DNA of 28,331 nt from Promethearchaeota archaeon (GTDB taxonomy: Archaea; Asgardarchaeota; Lokiarchaeia; Sigyniarchaeales; Promethearchaeaceae): positions 1 to 28,331 of the forward strand of contig JAFGBS010000030.1 of assembly GCA_016933055.1 (NCBI GenBank). The letters are read 5' to 3'. Below are positions 26,990 through 28,331 of the stretch, in pieces. The position numbers were made by a program, and so were the translations under genes. Each line of letters begins with the position of its first letter. The stretch's first letter is position 1. The notes beneath the pieces are model-generated. The model saw only the letters and a list, made by a program, of their open reading frames with translations. It was not told the origin of the DNA and did not search any database.

Positions 26990-27780
26990 TGAATTATAAC
27001 GAGAGAATAAAGTTCGACCTATACCAGCAATTCGGAAATATATTCATTTTCATAGGATTTATTTCAATTCTGCGAGTGGTATATATTATTTCTTTTATGA
27101 TTGGATATGAATTTGCAATTCTAATTTCCTCTTCCTACTCCCTAGCATACCACATCGGAATTATATTGCTTTTGAGTGTCAATTTTAGATTATTTAAGTC
27201 TCAACCTACTGATGAAAAGTTCAAATTATACTATCAATTTTTTCTGATTTGGGGAATAATAGGAATCTCCATGACAGTAGTAGATTTTATTCTTGGTTGG
27301 ACGGATAGTTTAGATGAAACCATGAGGGAAATGATACTCCTTGTATTAACAATTATTATGTTTCTTACCAATATATTTGGTATTTTTGTGTGGGTGAAAC
27401 TAGGTCAATATGGAAAAACCCGTTTAGCTCCATTTGGAACTATAATCAACATTGGAAGCATATTATTATCCATATGTGCGGGTATTGGTGCATTTCTCTC
27501 ATTCATCGCTATATTTTACATGATGTTTGGCGGAGATCAAAATATCGACACGATTGTAGGTATATTAAGCATTTTTTCCTATTTTTCTACCGCTGTTCTC
27601 GAAATAATAGGATATCTCCTTGTGGGAATAAATATCAAAAAGTCCATTATACCTACCCAACAAGCGCCTATAAGACAAATTTCAATTCCCACTCAGATAT
27701 ATTGCATTAACTGTAGTTCAAAATTTTTACCGAACTCAGAATTTTGCCCAAAATGCGGATGGAGTACAAGAGACTTATAA
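26989..27780 (+). CDS. Polytopic membrane protein with a C-terminal zinc ribbon
   Basis: Likely start is the ATG at 26989 (TAATG overlap with the upstream stop). About 6 hydrophobic spans. Ends YCINCSSKFLPNSEFCPKCGW. Confidence 0.8.
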   Translation: MNYNERIKFDLYQQFGNIFIFIGFISILRVVYIISFMIGYEFAILISSSYSLAYHIGIILLLSVNFRLFKSQPTDEKFKLYYQFFLIWGIIGISMTVVDFILGWTDSLDETMREMILLVLTIIMFLTNIFGIFVWVKLGQYGKTRLAPFGTIINIGSILLSICAGIGAFLSFIAIFYMMFGGDQNIDTIVGILSIFSYFSTAVLEIIGYLLVGINIKKSIIPTQQAPIRQISIPTQIYCINCSSKFLPNSEFCPKCGWSTRDL

Positions 27781-27991
27781 TAAGGCTGTTAGTTTAGAGT
27801 ATTATAATTGAATAATATTGCTCTCTCGAAAAATCCGTTCCAGAAACGAGATAAATTCATGGATACATAATTTCTGATATTTTTATTAGGAATATTCTCA
27901 TGCATTAGATTTAAGCAAAAAAATTATGCTTGTATGAATCGAATATTATACATAAATGTTAATAGCCAAGAAAAGAATCTTTGTTCCCGAG

Positions 27992-28331
27992 GTGAAATTA
28001 ACGCATCACAAAAAGATTAAATTAATCGTGTTGAGCATTGTAATTTTATTTTTCCTTGTACCTATGATGTTTGCAAGACAAGAATATAGACTTGTTCCCA
28101 AATCAAGCGATGGGGGGTATGTAGAACCTGGCTATATTATTTCTGATTTTAACGATCAAGTGGACAATATCAGAAAAGGTATTGAAAAGGATGGGATTTT
28201 CTATGCTTTGGATGGAATTAGTTTCATCCATAATTATAACAAAATCACTAAAATTCCAATCTATCATCCCGAAATTTTAATTTTGGCACAGGAATTTCGA
28301 AAAACACATCAAGATTATATAGATTGTATAA
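27992..28331 (+). CDS. 5' part of an exported or membrane-anchored protein (runs off the right edge)
   Basis: The frame from the GTG at 27992 is open to the window end: MKLTHHKKIKLIVLSIVILFFLVPMMFARQEYRLVPKSSDGGYVEPG.... The exact start is uncertain. Confidence 0.65.
   Translation, partial: MKLTHHKKIKLIVLSIVILFFLVPMMFARQEYRLVPKSSDGGYVEPGYIISDFNDQVDNIRKGIEKDGIFYALDGISFIHNYNKITKIPIYHPEILILAQEFRKTHQDYIDCI

Noticed and set aside
24164-27710. ORFs 24164..24376, 25232..25420, 26248..26430 and 27390..27710
   Set aside because: They overlap better-supported genes on the opposite strand or in another frame, and have no domain signal.

Overview
AT-rich prokaryotic window that is most likely from an Asgard archaeon of the Lokiarchaeia type. 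This is an inference from the Roadblock, TPR, winged-helix, RanBP2-type zinc-finger and WD40 gene content, from archaeal TTTATATA boxes 20-40 nt before start codons, and from GGTGA/GAGG-type ribosome-binding sites. Intact genes: a 1487-aa DUF4062-NACHT-WD40 protein (TEP1/NWD1-like STAND NTPase, about 14 WD40 repeats); a 714-aa tandem-Roadblock/TPR/winged-helix protein; a 1225-aa membrane-anchored surface protein with 8 Asp-rich repeats; a YafJ-like class II glutamine amidotransferase; a coupled pair of an exported protein and a polytopic membrane protein; and several membrane or zinc-finger proteins. About a dozen broken genes or remnants are interleaved, most of them missed or only partly shown by the ORF track: NERD-SF1 helicase with one in-frame TAA, MATE transporter, trypsin-like protease, a TPR paralog fragment, DUF234, a second amidotransferase 5' end, GNAT, PIN, a methyltransferase-like fragment and a Hel308/Ski2-like helicase. 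There is also a probable ~250-nt group II intron domain-I remnant and a duplicated 18-bp palindromic operator. No rRNA, tRNA, CRISPR array or transposase was recognised. All family assignments come from motif recognition by eye, not from database searches.
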